A DNA stretch of 64,000 bases from Anaeromyxobacter sp. (GTDB taxonomy: Bacteria; Myxococcota; Myxococcia; Myxococcales; Anaeromyxobacteraceae). This document shows positions 1-11,041 of the stretch, piece after piece (within the stretch, counting starts at the first letter, position 1; each line of letters starts with the position of its first letter). Under the pieces are notes generated by a model, which saw nothing but the letters and a program-made list of their open reading frames with translations, was not told the DNA's origin and did no database searches. The position numbers were made by a program, and so were the translations under genes. The DNA lies in assembly GCA_049840735.1 (NCBI GenBank), contig JASGJN010000013.1, positions 256,001-320,000 on the forward strand, written 5' to 3'.

Positions 1-705
1 GACCGCCCGGAACGTCCCGGCCACGGTGGGCAGCTCCACCTCCGCGGCCGGCCGGACCAGGGGCTCCCGCTCCAGCCGGTAGGCGATGAGGTCGGCCACC
101 GAGAGCAGGACCAGGTCGTGCTCGCGCGCCAGCACCTCCAGCTCCGGCCGCCGCGCCATGGTGCCGTCGGCGTTCATCACCTCGCAGATCACGCCGGCCG
201 GCGCGAGCCCGGCCAGCCGGGCCAGGTCCACCGAGCCCTCGGTCTGCCCGGCGCGGACCAGCACGCCGCCGGCCCGGGCCCGCAGCGGGAAGACGTGGCC
301 GGGGCGGGCCAGCTCGTCCGGGCGGCAGCCGGCGCGGACCGCGGTCCGGATGGTGTGGGCCCGGTCGGCGGCGCTGATGCCGGTGGAGACGCCCTCCCGC
401 GCCTCGATGGAGACGGTGAAGGCGGTGCCGAAGCCGGAGCCATTGGCCGCCTCGGCCACCATCAGCGGCAGCTGGAGCGCCTGGACCTTCTCCTCGGTCA
501 GCGAGAGGCAGATGAGCCCCCGCCCGACGCGGGCCATGAAGGCGATGGCCTCGGGCGTCACCATCTCGGCCGCCAGCGTGAGGTCGCCCTCGTTCTCGCG
601 GTCCGCGTCATCGGTGAGGATCACCATCCGGCCCTCGCGGATGGCGGCCAGCGCGGCCTCGACCCGGCGCGCGGACTCGCTGCGGCTGGCGGCCAAGGCG
701 CTCAC
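1..705 (-). CDS. ribB: 3,4-dihydroxy-2-butanone 4-phosphate synthase (RibB, probably bifunctional RibBA), runs off the window start
   Basis: My minus-strand translation from GTG at 705 gives [16 protein letters not shown]...AFTVSIEA...GHVFPL...[14 protein letters not shown]...[14 protein letters not shown], the DHBP synthase motifs. The start overlaps the tatA stop. Confidence 0.92.
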   Translation of the reverse strand, partial: MSALAASRSESARRVEAALAAIREGRMVILTDDADRENEGDLTLAAEMVTPEAIAFMARVGRGLICLSLTEEKVQALQLPLMVAEAANGSGFGTAFTVSIEAREGVSTGISAADRAHTIRTAVRAGCRPDELARPGHVFPLRARAGGVLVRAGQTEGSVDLARLAGLAPAGVICEVMNADGTMARRPELEVLAREHDLVLLSVADLIAYRLEREPLVRPAAEVELPTVAGTFRAV

Positions 706-890
706 GCGTCCTTCTGGGCCGCGGGGGCCGCCGGGCTGGCCGGCGCCGGCTCCTCGCCCGACATGGCCTTCTTGAAGCTCCGGATCCCGTTGCCGAGCCC
801 GGCGCCGAGCGCCGGCAGCTTCTTGGCGCCGAAGAGGAGCACGCAGAGGGCGAGGACCAGCAACAGCTCCGGCATCCTGAGTCCGAACAT
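702..890 (-). CDS. tatA: Twin-arginine translocase subunit TatA
   Basis: [44 protein letters not shown] helix, FG-x-K-KLP hinge and amphipathic helix. Confidence 0.95.
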   Translation of the reverse strand: MFGLRMPELLLVLALCVLLFGAKKLPALGAGLGNGIRSFKKAMSGEEPAPASPAAPAAQKDA

Positions 891-940
891 GGAGTCCTTT
901 CCAGGCCGGCGGGATGGCCGGCGCAGCGAGCGCAGCCGTT

Positions 941-1465
941 TCAGGAGGCGTGCCAGCCCACCCTCGGTGCGGGCGCCGGTGGCGGCGCGCGTCCCACCCC
1001 CTGCGCCGCCGCCGACATGCCCCGCAGCCACTCGAGGTTGAGCGCGTCGCACGCGTCCAGGAGGACGCCCTCGATCACCTCGATCCCGGCGGCGCGCAGG
1101 CGGGCCACGCCGCGGCCGTCCACCAGCGGGTTGGGGTCGCGCGAGCCGCAGAAGACGCGCCGGACGCCGGCCCGCAGGACCGCGAGCGAGCAGGGCGGGG
1201 TCCGACCCTGGTGGTCGCACGGCTCCAGCGTGACGTAGAGGTCCGCCCCGCGGGCCGCCCCGCCGGCCGCCGCCAGCGCCACCGGCTCGGCGTGGGGCGC
1301 GCCGGCGAAGGCGTGGTGGCCGACCGCCACCACCTGCCCTGCCGCCACGACCACCGCGCCGACCGCGGGGTTGGGCGCGGTCCGGCCCAGCCCCTTGCCC
1401 GCCTCGAGGATGGCGAGCCGCATGAAGCGCTCGTCGGCGGGCGACGGCAGTCGAGGTGGGCTCAC
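941..1465 (-). CDS. ribD: RibD-type pyrimidine deaminase, deaminase domain only (no reductase domain)
   Basis: [13 protein letters not shown] and [14 protein letters not shown] motifs plus [10 protein letters not shown]; the ORF ends at 174 aa. Confidence 0.85.
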   Translation of the reverse strand: MSPPRLPSPADERFMRLAILEAGKGLGRTAPNPAVGAVVVAAGQVVAVGHHAFAGAPHAEPVALAAAGGAARGADLYVTLEPCDHQGRTPPCSLAVLRAGVRRVFCGSRDPNPLVDGRGVARLRAAGIEVIEGVLLDACDALNLEWLRGMSAAAQGVGRAPPPAPAPRVGWHAS

Positions 1466-1781
1466 GGCGGACGTCCTCTCTCCGCGCCAGGGCGGCGAGG
1501 CGCTCCGGGTTCAGGGTCCGTGCCACGCGCGCCCGGCGCGCGGGCAGGCGGAGCGCCGCCGCTCCCACCTGCCGGATCGGGCGACACCTGCCGGCACCGC
1601 GGGCAGGTAGTCCTGCCGGGGCACCACACAGGCCGGGCAGGGCTGGCCCGTGGGACCGCCGCAGCGGCGCGGGCCTGGCGCGTTGGCATGGCCGATGTAG
1701 CGCAGCCCCGCGTCGCGCGGCGCACGGCCCGCCGGCACCTGGACCCGCCGTGCCGGATCCGCATCGAAGCGAGGGCACCTC

Positions 1782-3314
1782 ATGACCACGAACAACCATT
1801 CGCGCCGCAGCTTCCTGCGTGGCGCAGCCGCAGTCGCCGCGGGCGCCAGCGTCCTGTCCGGCTGCGGGTCGGACAGCAGCTCCTCCAGCGACAAGTTCTG
1901 GCTTCCCAAGAAGTGGGACGCCGACGTCGACGCCGTGGTGGTCGGCTTCGGCGCCGCCGGCGCCGCCGCCGCGTACTTCGCCGCCAAGGCAGGCGCGTCG
2001 GTGCTGGTGCTCGACCGCAGCGAGGCCGGCGGCGGCGACACCGCCATCTCGGGCGGCTTCGTGTTCTTCGGCGGCGGCACCACGCTGCAGGCCGCGGCCG
2101 GCGTCTCCGAGACGCCCGGCGAGATGTACGCCACCATCCGCGCCATGGGCGGCGACTCGGCCGACCCCGAGCTGCAGCAGCTCTGGTGCGAGCGGAACAA
2201 GGAGCTCTACGCGTTCCTCACCGACGTGTGCGGCGAGTCCTGGGCCCCGGCCGACATGATCTTCACCGGCAACGAGTACCACGGCCTGTTCGCCGACGTG
2301 GCGCCGGGCGGCACGCCGGTGAAGCACGGCCTGCTCGACTCCGGCGGCGGCGCCGGCCTCTTCGCCAAGATCTCCGCCGCGGTGCTGGCCACCTCCGGCG
2401 TGACCTTCCAGGGCCTGACCAAGGTCACCGGCCTGGTCCAGGATCCGGAGACTGGCCGCGTGCTGGGCGTCTCCACCGTCGCCGTGGACGACGACGGCAA
2501 CGCGGTGGACGGGGCGGCGGTCCGGTACGTGAAGGCGCGCAAGGGCGTCGTCATCGCCACCGGCGCCTTCGGCAAGGACCCGGCCATGATGGCCCGCCAC
2601 AGCACCGACCTGGCGCGCCTCACCCACGTCGAGAACGCGTACGCCGACGGCTCCGGCCACCACCTCGGGCAGTCGGTGGGCGGCGACCTCCGCCAGATGA
2701 AGAACTTCTGGGCGTACAACCTCCGCGCCGGCACCCCGCAGTTCATGAAGTCGTTGCTGATCAACTCCGCCGGCTACCGGTTCGCCCCCGAGGACACGAA
2801 CCCCTACTACATCGGCTACCAGCTGGTCCGGTTCCACCAGGTGGGCTTCGCGATCGCCGACGCCTCGGTCTACCCGTCGGCGCCCCAGGGCGCCTACAGC
2901 GGCGCGACCATCGAGGACCTGGTGGCCGCCATCAACGCCGGCGAGGGCACCAGCCTCCCGGCCGCGGTGGTGAAGGCGACGGTCGACGGCTACAACGCCC
3001 TCGCCGAGGACGGCGTGGACCCGGTCTTCAAGAAGGCGGCGGACCACCTCGTCCCGCTCACCACCGGGCCGTTCTACGCCGTGAAGATCGCCTCCACCGA
3101 CGCCATCGGCACCACCACGGGCGGCCTGCGGATCAACACCAAGGCCCAGCTGCTCGACACGAACGGCGCGGTGATCCCCAACGTCTACGCGGCCGGCACC
3201 TGCGCCGGCGGCGCGCCGTCGGAGAACTACACCGGCTCCGGCACCGCCATCTCGAGCTGCCTCACGTTCGGCAAGATCGCCGCCGAGAACCTGACCGCCG
3301 AGACCGCCTGGTAG
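1782..3314 (+). CDS. Tat-exported lipoprotein FAD-dependent oxidoreductase (FAD_binding_2 / flavocytochrome c flavin-subunit family)
   Basis: SRRSFL twin-arginine signal, lipobox [13 protein letters not shown] Rossmann motif, [25 protein letters not shown]. Confidence 0.88.
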   Translation: MTTNNHSRRSFLRGAAAVAAGASVLSGCGSDSSSSSDKFWLPKKWDADVDAVVVGFGAAGAAAAYFAAKAGASVLVLDRSEAGGGDTAISGGFVFFGGGTTLQAAAGVSETPGEMYATIRAMGGDSADPELQQLWCERNKELYAFLTDVCGESWAPADMIFTGNEYHGLFADVAPGGTPVKHGLLDSGGGAGLFAKISAAVLATSGVTFQGLTKVTGLVQDPETGRVLGVSTVAVDDDGNAVDGAAVRYVKARKGVVIATGAFGKDPAMMARHSTDLARLTHVENAYADGSGHHLGQSVGGDLRQMKNFWAYNLRAGTPQFMKSLLINSAGYRFAPEDTNPYYIGYQLVRFHQVGFAIADASVYPSAPQGAYSGATIEDLVAAINAGEGTSLPAAVVKATVDGYNALAEDGVDPVFKKAADHLVPLTTGPFYAVKIASTDAIGTTTGGLRINTKAQLLDTNGAVIPNVYAAGTCAGGAPSENYTGSGTAISSCLTFGKIAAENLTAETAW

Positions 3315-3391
3315 TCCACCGCCGGCCCGCTCCCCCCGCCCGCGTGGCTGGGGGAGCGGGCCAGCGCCCTCGCTCCACGAGAGAACACGAC

Positions 3392-4153
3392 ATGAACCGT
3401 ACGACCTGGCTCCTCCTGGCCGCGCTCGCGGTGCCCGCCCCGGCCCTGGTGGCGTGCGGCGGCGGCGGCAACGACAGCGTTGGCCCTGACCCCGACGACC
3501 GCAGCTGCACGACCTGCCACGGCAGCAGCACCAACGCCGCGCCCCCGTCCTCCACCACCGGCGCGACCGCCACCACCGACCTGGCGGTCGGCGCCCACCA
3601 GGTGCACCTGCAGGGCGGCGTCCTGGGCATGCAGGTGGCCTGCAACGAGTGCCACCTGGTGCCCAGCTCCAACGACCACGCCGACGGCACCAATCAGGTG
3701 GTGTTCGGGACCTTCGCGCGGACGGGCGGCCTCACGCCGACCTGGAACCGCGAGGCGGCGACCTGCTCCAACGTGTACTGCCACGGCTCCGGCGGCAGCG
3801 CCTCCTCCCCGGTCTGGACCCTGGTCGACGGGTCGCAGACGACCTGCGGCAGCTGCCACGGCGACCCGCCCACCGCGAACGACCACCCGCAGGTGGCCAC
3901 CGCCTACTGCAGCGGCTGCCACCCGGCCACCATGACCGCCGCCGGCGAGCTGGTCGGCGGCGGGAAGCACCTTGACGGCTCGATCGAGGCGGTCGCCTTC
4001 GACCACCCCAGCAGCTGGCTGGCCTCGGGGCACAAGACCACGTCCGCGGCCGACGCCGGCGCGAGCTGCAAGCCCTGCCACGGCGACGACCTCCGGGGTG
4101 GGACGTCGGGGCGGTCCTGCTACACCTGCCACCCGGTGGGCCCGCCCATCTGA
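3392..4153 (+). CDS. Multiheme cytochrome c lipoprotein (CxxxxCH...CxxCH type)
   Basis: Signal peptide ending LVAC; heme motifs CTTCH, CNECH, CSNVYCH, CGSCH, CSGCH, CKPCH, CYTCH. Confidence 0.88.
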   Translation: MNRTTWLLLAALAVPAPALVACGGGGNDSVGPDPDDRSCTTCHGSSTNAAPPSSTTGATATTDLAVGAHQVHLQGGVLGMQVACNECHLVPSSNDHADGTNQVVFGTFARTGGLTPTWNREAATCSNVYCHGSGGSASSPVWTLVDGSQTTCGSCHGDPPTANDHPQVATAYCSGCHPATMTAAGELVGGGKHLDGSIEAVAFDHPSSWLASGHKTTSAADAGASCKPCHGDDLRGGTSGRSCYTCHPVGPPI

Positions 4154-4262
4154 CGCGGGCAGCGGGCGGCGGCGTGCCCCTCGCGCCGCCGCCCGCACCT
4201 TTCCGGCCGGACCTGCGCGGCGCCCACGTCGGGCGCCTTCGTCCGTGCCATAGTGGGAGCGG

Positions 4263-5615
4263 ATGGAAGACGTGGTCCAGAGCGCTGCCCCGCCGCCTCC
4301 TGCCGAGGGAGGCGATCCGGCCCGCCACGCCTTCCACGATCGGCTGCAGGCGCTCGCCTTCGGCTCGCGCTGGAGGGTCACGCGCCGGTGGGTCTACGTC
4401 GCCTGCGACCTGGTCCACGCGGCCTTCGCCGTGCTGCTCTGGTGGTCCGGCTATCCCGGCTGGCGCGTCGCGGTGTACAGCGGCGCCCTCGCGGTCGCCG
4501 TGGTCCTGCACCTGTGGGTGGAGCGGCCTGCGCTCCGCCGCCTCGAGGAGGAGGGCCGGAGCCGCCACCGCGACCGGGCGGAGCTGGCCTGGCTCTTCAC
4601 CATGCTGCTGGAGATCGCGGTGACGGGCGGGGTGCGCAGCCCGCTCTTCCCCTCCAACCTGGCCGCCGTCCCCCTCAACCTGATGCAGTTCGGGCGGAGC
4701 CGGCAGGCCAACACCGCCGCCGCGGCCATCCTGGGCTGCGCCCTCGCGTTCGCCCTCTCCCCGGTCGCCTGGACCGGCCCGAGCGTCTCGCCCGCGGTCT
4801 ACTGGGCGACGCTGGCGGGCGCGGTGCTGGCCACCGGCGGCTCCTCGCTCTACTACTGGGCGCTCCTCAACCGCGTGGCGGTGGAGAGCGTCCGCGAGTC
4901 GCTCCGCGCCCGCGAGGCGCTCGCCTCCCACGCGCTGGGCCGGGCCCGCGAGCTGGAGCAGCTCGTCTCCAAGATCTCCCACGAGCTCAAGAACCCGCTC
5001 ACGGCCGTGAAGACGCTGGTGCAGGTCTCCGCCCGCACCGCCGAGGACCCGGCCAGCCGCGAGCGGCTGCAGGTCGCCGAGCGGGAGGTGACCCGCATCC
5101 AGGCCACGCTCCACGACTACCTCACGCTCTCGCGCCCGCTCGACCTGCTCTCCCCGGAGCCGGTGCAGCTGGCGGCGCTGGTGGACGACGTGCTGGCCTC
5201 GGTGGCCGCCCGCGCCGACGAGGTGGGCGTGAAGCTCCAGCGCCAGGGAGACGCGCTGGTCAGCGCCGACCGCCGCCGCATCGCCGAGGCGCTGCTCAAC
5301 CTGGTCATGAACGGGATCGAGGCGTCGCCCCGCGGCGGCGTGGTGCGCGTGGGCATCGCCGAGCACGTCGGGGTGGCGCACCTGACCGTGAGCGACCAGG
5401 GGCGGGGCATGCCGCGCGAGGTGCTGGCGCGGCTCGGCACGCCGTTCTTCACCACGCGCGACGAGGGCACCGGCCTGGGCGTCACGCTGGCGCGGTCGGC
5501 CTTCGTGCAGCACGGCGGCACCCTCGAGTACGCCAGCGCGCCCGGGGAGGGCACCACGGCGACGGCGACGCTCGGCCTCGCCAGCGCCCCGGAGCCCAGA
5601 TGGCGCGCATCCTGA
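4263..5615 (+). CDS. Membrane sensor histidine kinase
   Basis: Several TM segments, H-box SHELKNPL, N-box NLVMNGIEA, DQGRGM, FFTT and GTGLG. Confidence 0.93.
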   Translation: MEDVVQSAAPPPPAEGGDPARHAFHDRLQALAFGSRWRVTRRWVYVACDLVHAAFAVLLWWSGYPGWRVAVYSGALAVAVVLHLWVERPALRRLEEEGRSRHRDRAELAWLFTMLLEIAVTGGVRSPLFPSNLAAVPLNLMQFGRSRQANTAAAAILGCALAFALSPVAWTGPSVSPAVYWATLAGAVLATGGSSLYYWALLNRVAVESVRESLRAREALASHALGRARELEQLVSKISHELKNPLTAVKTLVQVSARTAEDPASRERLQVAEREVTRIQATLHDYLTLSRPLDLLSPEPVQLAALVDDVLASVAARADEVGVKLQRQGDALVSADRRRIAEALLNLVMNGIEASPRGGVVRVGIAEHVGVAHLTVSDQGRGMPREVLARLGTPFFTTRDEGTGLGVTLARSAFVQHGGTLEYASAPGEGTTATATLGLASAPEPRWRAS

Positions 5616-6961
5616 TCGTGGACGACGAGGAGGCGGTGCTGTTCGCCGTCACGGAGATGGTCCGGGCGCTGCACCACGAGCCGCTGGTCGCCCGCGGCGG
5701 CGCGGCCGCGCTGGGGCTCCTCGACCGCGCCGACCTCGTCATCACCGACTACGCCATGCCGGAGATGGACGGGCTGGCGCTCCTGTCGGCCATCCGGCAG
5801 CACGACGACACCATCCCGGTGGTGCTGCTCACCGCGCACGGCTCGGAGCGGATCGCCGTGCGATCCGTGCGCGCCGGCGCCTACGAGTACGTCACCAAGC
5901 CCTTCGACTACGAGGAGATGGCCGGCGTCATCGAGCGCGCGCTGGAGGTCCGGGCGCTCCGGTCGGAGAACCGGCTGCTCTCGGCCGAGCGCGCGCTGGG
6001 GCGGGCCATCGTGGGCGACTCGGCGCCCATGCGGCGGCTGCTGGACGCGGTGGGCCGGGTGGCGCCCAAGGACATCACCGTCCTGGTGCGCGGCGAGACC
6101 GGCACGGGCAAGGAGCTGATCGCGGCGCTGGTCCACGCCCAGAGCCGGCGCGCCAGCGGGCCGCTCGTCCGGTTCAACTGCGCCGCCATCCCCGGCGAGC
6201 TGGCCGACGCCGAGCTGTTCGGCCACGTGCGCGGCGCCTTCACCGGGGCCTCCGCGTCGCGGCGCGGGTACTTCGCGCAGGCGGACGGGGGCACGCTGGT
6301 GCTGGACGAGATCGGCGAGCTCTCCCCCGGCGTGCAGGCCAAGCTGCTCCGCGCGCTGCAGCAGGGCGAGATCCAGCCGGTGGGCGCCAGCCGGATCGAG
6401 CAGGTGGACGTGCGCGTCATCGCCTGCACCAACCGCGATCTCGCCGCCGAGGCAGAGGCCGGGCGGTTCCGCGCCGACCTGTACTACCGGCTGGCCGTGG
6501 TGGAGCTCCTGGTCCCGCCGCTCCGCGAGCACCGCGAGGACGTCCCCGAGCTGGCCGTCGAGTTCGCGCGGCGCTACCGCCGGCAGTTCGGGACCGAGGA
6601 GGCCCGGCTCTCTCCCGAGCTCCTGGCCGCGCTCGCGGCCGGCGACTGGCCGGGCAACGTGCGCCAGCTGGAGAACATGGTGGCGCGGATGGTGGCCATG
6701 TCCACGGGCGGCACCATCGGCGTCGACGCGCTCACCGTGACCCTGGCGCCTCCCCCCGGCACCCGCCCGCCGCCGCCCGTCCCCGAGAAGCTGGCCGAGG
6801 GGCCCATCAACCTCCGGCTGCACCTCGAGGCCATCGAGCGCGACCTGCTGGTGCGGGTGCTGGCGGCGACCGAGGGGAACCAGTCCGAGGCGGCGCGCCG
6901 GCTCAGCATCAGCCGCAGCTCGCTCATCGACCGGATGAAGAAGTACGGGATCAACCCGTAG
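5600..6961 (+). CDS. Sigma54-dependent NtrC-family response regulator
   Basis: Receiver domain (ILIVDDE), GETGTGKE, GAFTGA, WPGNVRQLEN and a C-terminal Fis HTH. Confidence 0.95.
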   Translation: MARILIVDDEEAVLFAVTEMVRALHHEPLVARGGAAALGLLDRADLVITDYAMPEMDGLALLSAIRQHDDTIPVVLLTAHGSERIAVRSVRAGAYEYVTKPFDYEEMAGVIERALEVRALRSENRLLSAERALGRAIVGDSAPMRRLLDAVGRVAPKDITVLVRGETGTGKELIAALVHAQSRRASGPLVRFNCAAIPGELADAELFGHVRGAFTGASASRRGYFAQADGGTLVLDEIGELSPGVQAKLLRALQQGEIQPVGASRIEQVDVRVIACTNRDLAAEAEAGRFRADLYYRLAVVELLVPPLREHREDVPELAVEFARRYRRQFGTEEARLSPELLAALAAGDWPGNVRQLENMVARMVAMSTGGTIGVDALTVTLAPPPGTRPPPPVPEKLAEGPINLRLHLEAIERDLLVRVLAATEGNQSEAARRLSISRSSLIDRMKKYGINP

Positions 6962-7056
6962 CGGCCGCACAGGCCGGCGCCGCCGGTCCGGGGCCCCGCG
7001 TCCGGGGCGGCACGCAGCTGCGTTGGGCTCGCGCGATGCCCCGAGGCCGACCCAAT

Positions 7057-7106
7057 CCGTTCGGGCTGAGCGTAGCGAGCCCACAGGGCTCGCGGAGTCG
7101 AAGCCC
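7057..7106. repeat. REP-like palindromic element upstream of the tRNA
   Basis: ccgttcgggctgagcgtag-CGAGCCC-aca-GGGCTCG-cggagtcgaagccc: internal hairpin with an outer gggct/agccc stem. Confidence 0.4.
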
Positions 7107-7160
7107 AGGGCTTCTCCCCCCGCGGCGAACTTTCCGTGTTGACTCAAGGATTTCCCGATG

Positions 7161-8600
<1,440 letters not shown>

Positions 8601-8608
8601 GACGCCTC

Positions 8609-8830
8609 CTACTTGGACCGGACCAGGCGCGGGGGCAGCGGCTCGCCGCGCATGAAGGCCCTGACCGTGTCGGGGTGGAAGCGCAGGAGCCACCCGATGC
8701 GGACCGCCGGGAGCCGCCCCTCGCGCTGGAGCTTGTAGACCATCGACTCGCTCGCCTTGAGCAGGCCCGCGACCTCCTTCGCCGTCAGGAGCGCCTCGGG
8801 GATCGCCGTGGTCTGTGCCGCGTTGTTCAT
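8609..8830 (-). CDS. Excisionase-like HTH_17 DNA-binding protein
   Basis: LLTAKEVAGLLKASESMVYKLQREGRLPAVRIGWLLRF, immediately upstream of int. Confidence 0.88.
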   Translation of the reverse strand: MNNAAQTTAIPEALLTAKEVAGLLKASESMVYKLQREGRLPAVRIGWLLRFHPDTVRAFMRGEPLPPRLVRSK

Positions 8831-8963
8831 CTGAGCCCTCTCTACTGCCAGTGCAAGTTTGCCGGACCAGGGCCCGGCGTGGTGCGGGTGTCGCGCCGCC
8901 AGCGTGGCGGGTGGGTGCGGCGCGACGGCGAGCGAGCGTTCGGGGTCGTTACGGCGTCGGGAG

Positions 8964-9648
8964 CTAGAAGCGGGGCGCGCGAGCGGTCTTCTTGGTTCGC
9001 AGTGCGAAGCAGGCGTTGATCTCGGGCTGGCGGCTCGCAGGGGCGAGTCTCGATGCCGAGCTCCAGCGCTGCCTGAATGAAGGCGCCGTTGCTGATGTAC
9101 TCGTGGGAACCGCGGTCCTCGACCCAGTGCTCCACGTCGTGCTTGTAGCCGTACGAGGTTCGCGTGCACCGGATGCCGCGCGTCCGATTGAGACAGGTCT
9201 CGATGTACGCCTTGCAGAACTCGACCTCCTTGCGCGGCGGCGGCGAGGACTGCTTACGCTGGCCGTCGAGGAAGCCGCAGGCATCGAGCGCCGGAAGCGG
9301 CCGAGCACGCGGCGCGCGCGGGGACGCTGAGGAGTCGATGGCGATGCGCCACCGGTCCCCGTCGGCTACCAGCCCGTGCAAATCGTTCCGGCTCGAGAGC
9401 GAACGTCCAGCCCGCCGCGGCCTTCGCCAAGAGGCGCGGTATGGACTCCGCGCGGAACAGCGCTGGCCGCTCGCGACGGATGAGCCGCAGCTGCCTTGCG
9501 AGGAATGCCTGCCCCGATCCGAACCCGTGCGCGGAAGCGGGCGCCGCGTGGATGGTCTCGACCTCCGCGGTCGAGAACGGGCGCATCCCGAACGTCGCAT
9601 GCAGCCCTCGGGCGAGATCGGCGTACACGTCCGCGATGTCGTAGTCGC
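8964..9648 (-). pseudogene. Element gene interrupted by IS256; its ATG lies at 11031 beyond the IS. C-terminal part has an SYGYKHDVE...YISNGAFIQAA motif
   Basis: Removing the IS and one TSD copy restores MSSSDYDIADVYADLARG...; two further frameshifts are apparent. Confidence 0.6.
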
Positions 9649-11013
9649 GTTCGTGTCCCTAGAATTGTGTGAATCGGAAGTTCGCGGAGGCTGAAGAAGA
9701 AGTGGAAGCTCCTCGGCAACCAAACACGAACGGTCTCGCTTGCCGGCGAGGCCAAGGAGCTTCCAGTGAACGAGGTTGCCGAGCTTGAGCTGCCGACGCA
9801 AGAGAACTTCCGCGCTGACCTTCGGACCCTCTGCCAGGGGGCGATTCGGGTCGCCCTGGAAGTCGTGCTGGAGGAAGAGATCCAGGCCTTGGTCGGCGCG
9901 AAGAAGTGGGCTCGCCAGGCACAGCGGGTCGACAGCCGCAACGGGACGTACCTGCGGCGCCTCATTACCTCGATGGGCGCCATTGACCTCAAGGTGCCGC
10001 GTTCTCGCGAGGGCGGTTCGGCCGGCGGTGCAGTGTTCGGTCGCTACAAGCGCCGGAGCGCCGAGAATCGACGACGCCATGGTGGCCGCCTACGTCCATG
10101 GCGCCTCGACGCGCGACATCGGTCAGAATCACCGAGGCGCTCATGGGCGAGCACGTGAGCCGCTCCACTGTGAGCCGGGCGGCGAAGACGCTCGGCACCA
10201 AGGTCGAGGATCTCCGCAAGGCGCCGATCGAGGGGCCGATCCCCTACCTGTACCTCGACGCCACGTTCCTCGACGCTCGGTGGGCCCGGGAGGTCGAAAA
10301 CGTCTCGGCGCTGGTGGCCTACGGCGTTGGGCTGGGCGGCCACCGCCAACTCCTGGCGGTCACCGTCGGCGCCGAGGAGTCGGAGGCGTCCTGGAGCGAG
10401 TTGCTCGCGCAGCTCAACGAGCGCGGCCTGTCGGGGGTCCAGCTGGTGATCGCCGACGCCCACGCCGGGCTGGCCAAGGCGGTCCGCCACCACCTGCCCG
10501 AGGCCCTGCTGCAGCGGTGCTGCGTCCACCTCCAGCGGAACGTCGTCGCCAAGGCCCCCCAGAAGCTCAGGGAGCGGCTCGCCAAGGCCGTCTGGCAGGT
10601 CTTCCTGGCGCCGACCAAGGCCGAAGCCCGCAGGCGGATGGCCGAGCTCGCCGGCGGCCTCGGGCGCCAGCTCCCGGAAGCGATGGAGTGCCTCGCCAAC
10701 GGCTTCGAGGCGGCCACGCGGTTCTACGCCTTCCCCAAGGCTCACTGGCATCGCATCCGCTCCACCAACGGCCTCGAGCGGCTCCACGGCGAGATCAAGC
10801 GGCGCACCAACGCGGTGGGGGCCTTCCCGGACCGGGGCAGCGCCCTGCGCCTCGTCACCGCTGTCGCGCTCAACGTGACCGCCATCTGGACCGACCGCCG
10901 CTACCTGGACATGTCCCTGCTGAAGACGAAGGAGGTCGCCGTCGCCAAGGCGGCGTGATTCATCCGAGGAGCTTCACGCGTAGTACGATTTACACACAGA
11001 TAGGGACTTGACC
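9649..11013 (+). mobile_element. IS256-family insertion sequence (1365 bp)
   Basis: 8-bp TSD GTAGTCGC at 9641-9648 and 11014-11021; imperfect 28-bp terminal inverted repeats (20/28 by my alignment). Confidence 0.93.
9766..10958 (+). CDS. IS256 (Mutator) transposase, frameshifted near 10065-10130
   Basis: RNGTYLRRLITSMGAIDLKVPR, YLYLDAT, VIADAHAGL, QRCCVHLQRN, RSTNGLERLHGEIKRRT. Confidence 0.92.
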
Positions 11014-11041
11014 GTAGTCGCTGGATGACATTGCTCTCTCC

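Noticed and set aside
702..4153. Very long ORFs such as 702-3047(-), 914-4153(+), 29423-32992(+) and 35584-38364(+)
   Set aside because: They are shadow or off-frame ORFs typical of very GC-rich DNA, overlapping well-supported genes; only the embedded tatA and cytochrome portions are real.
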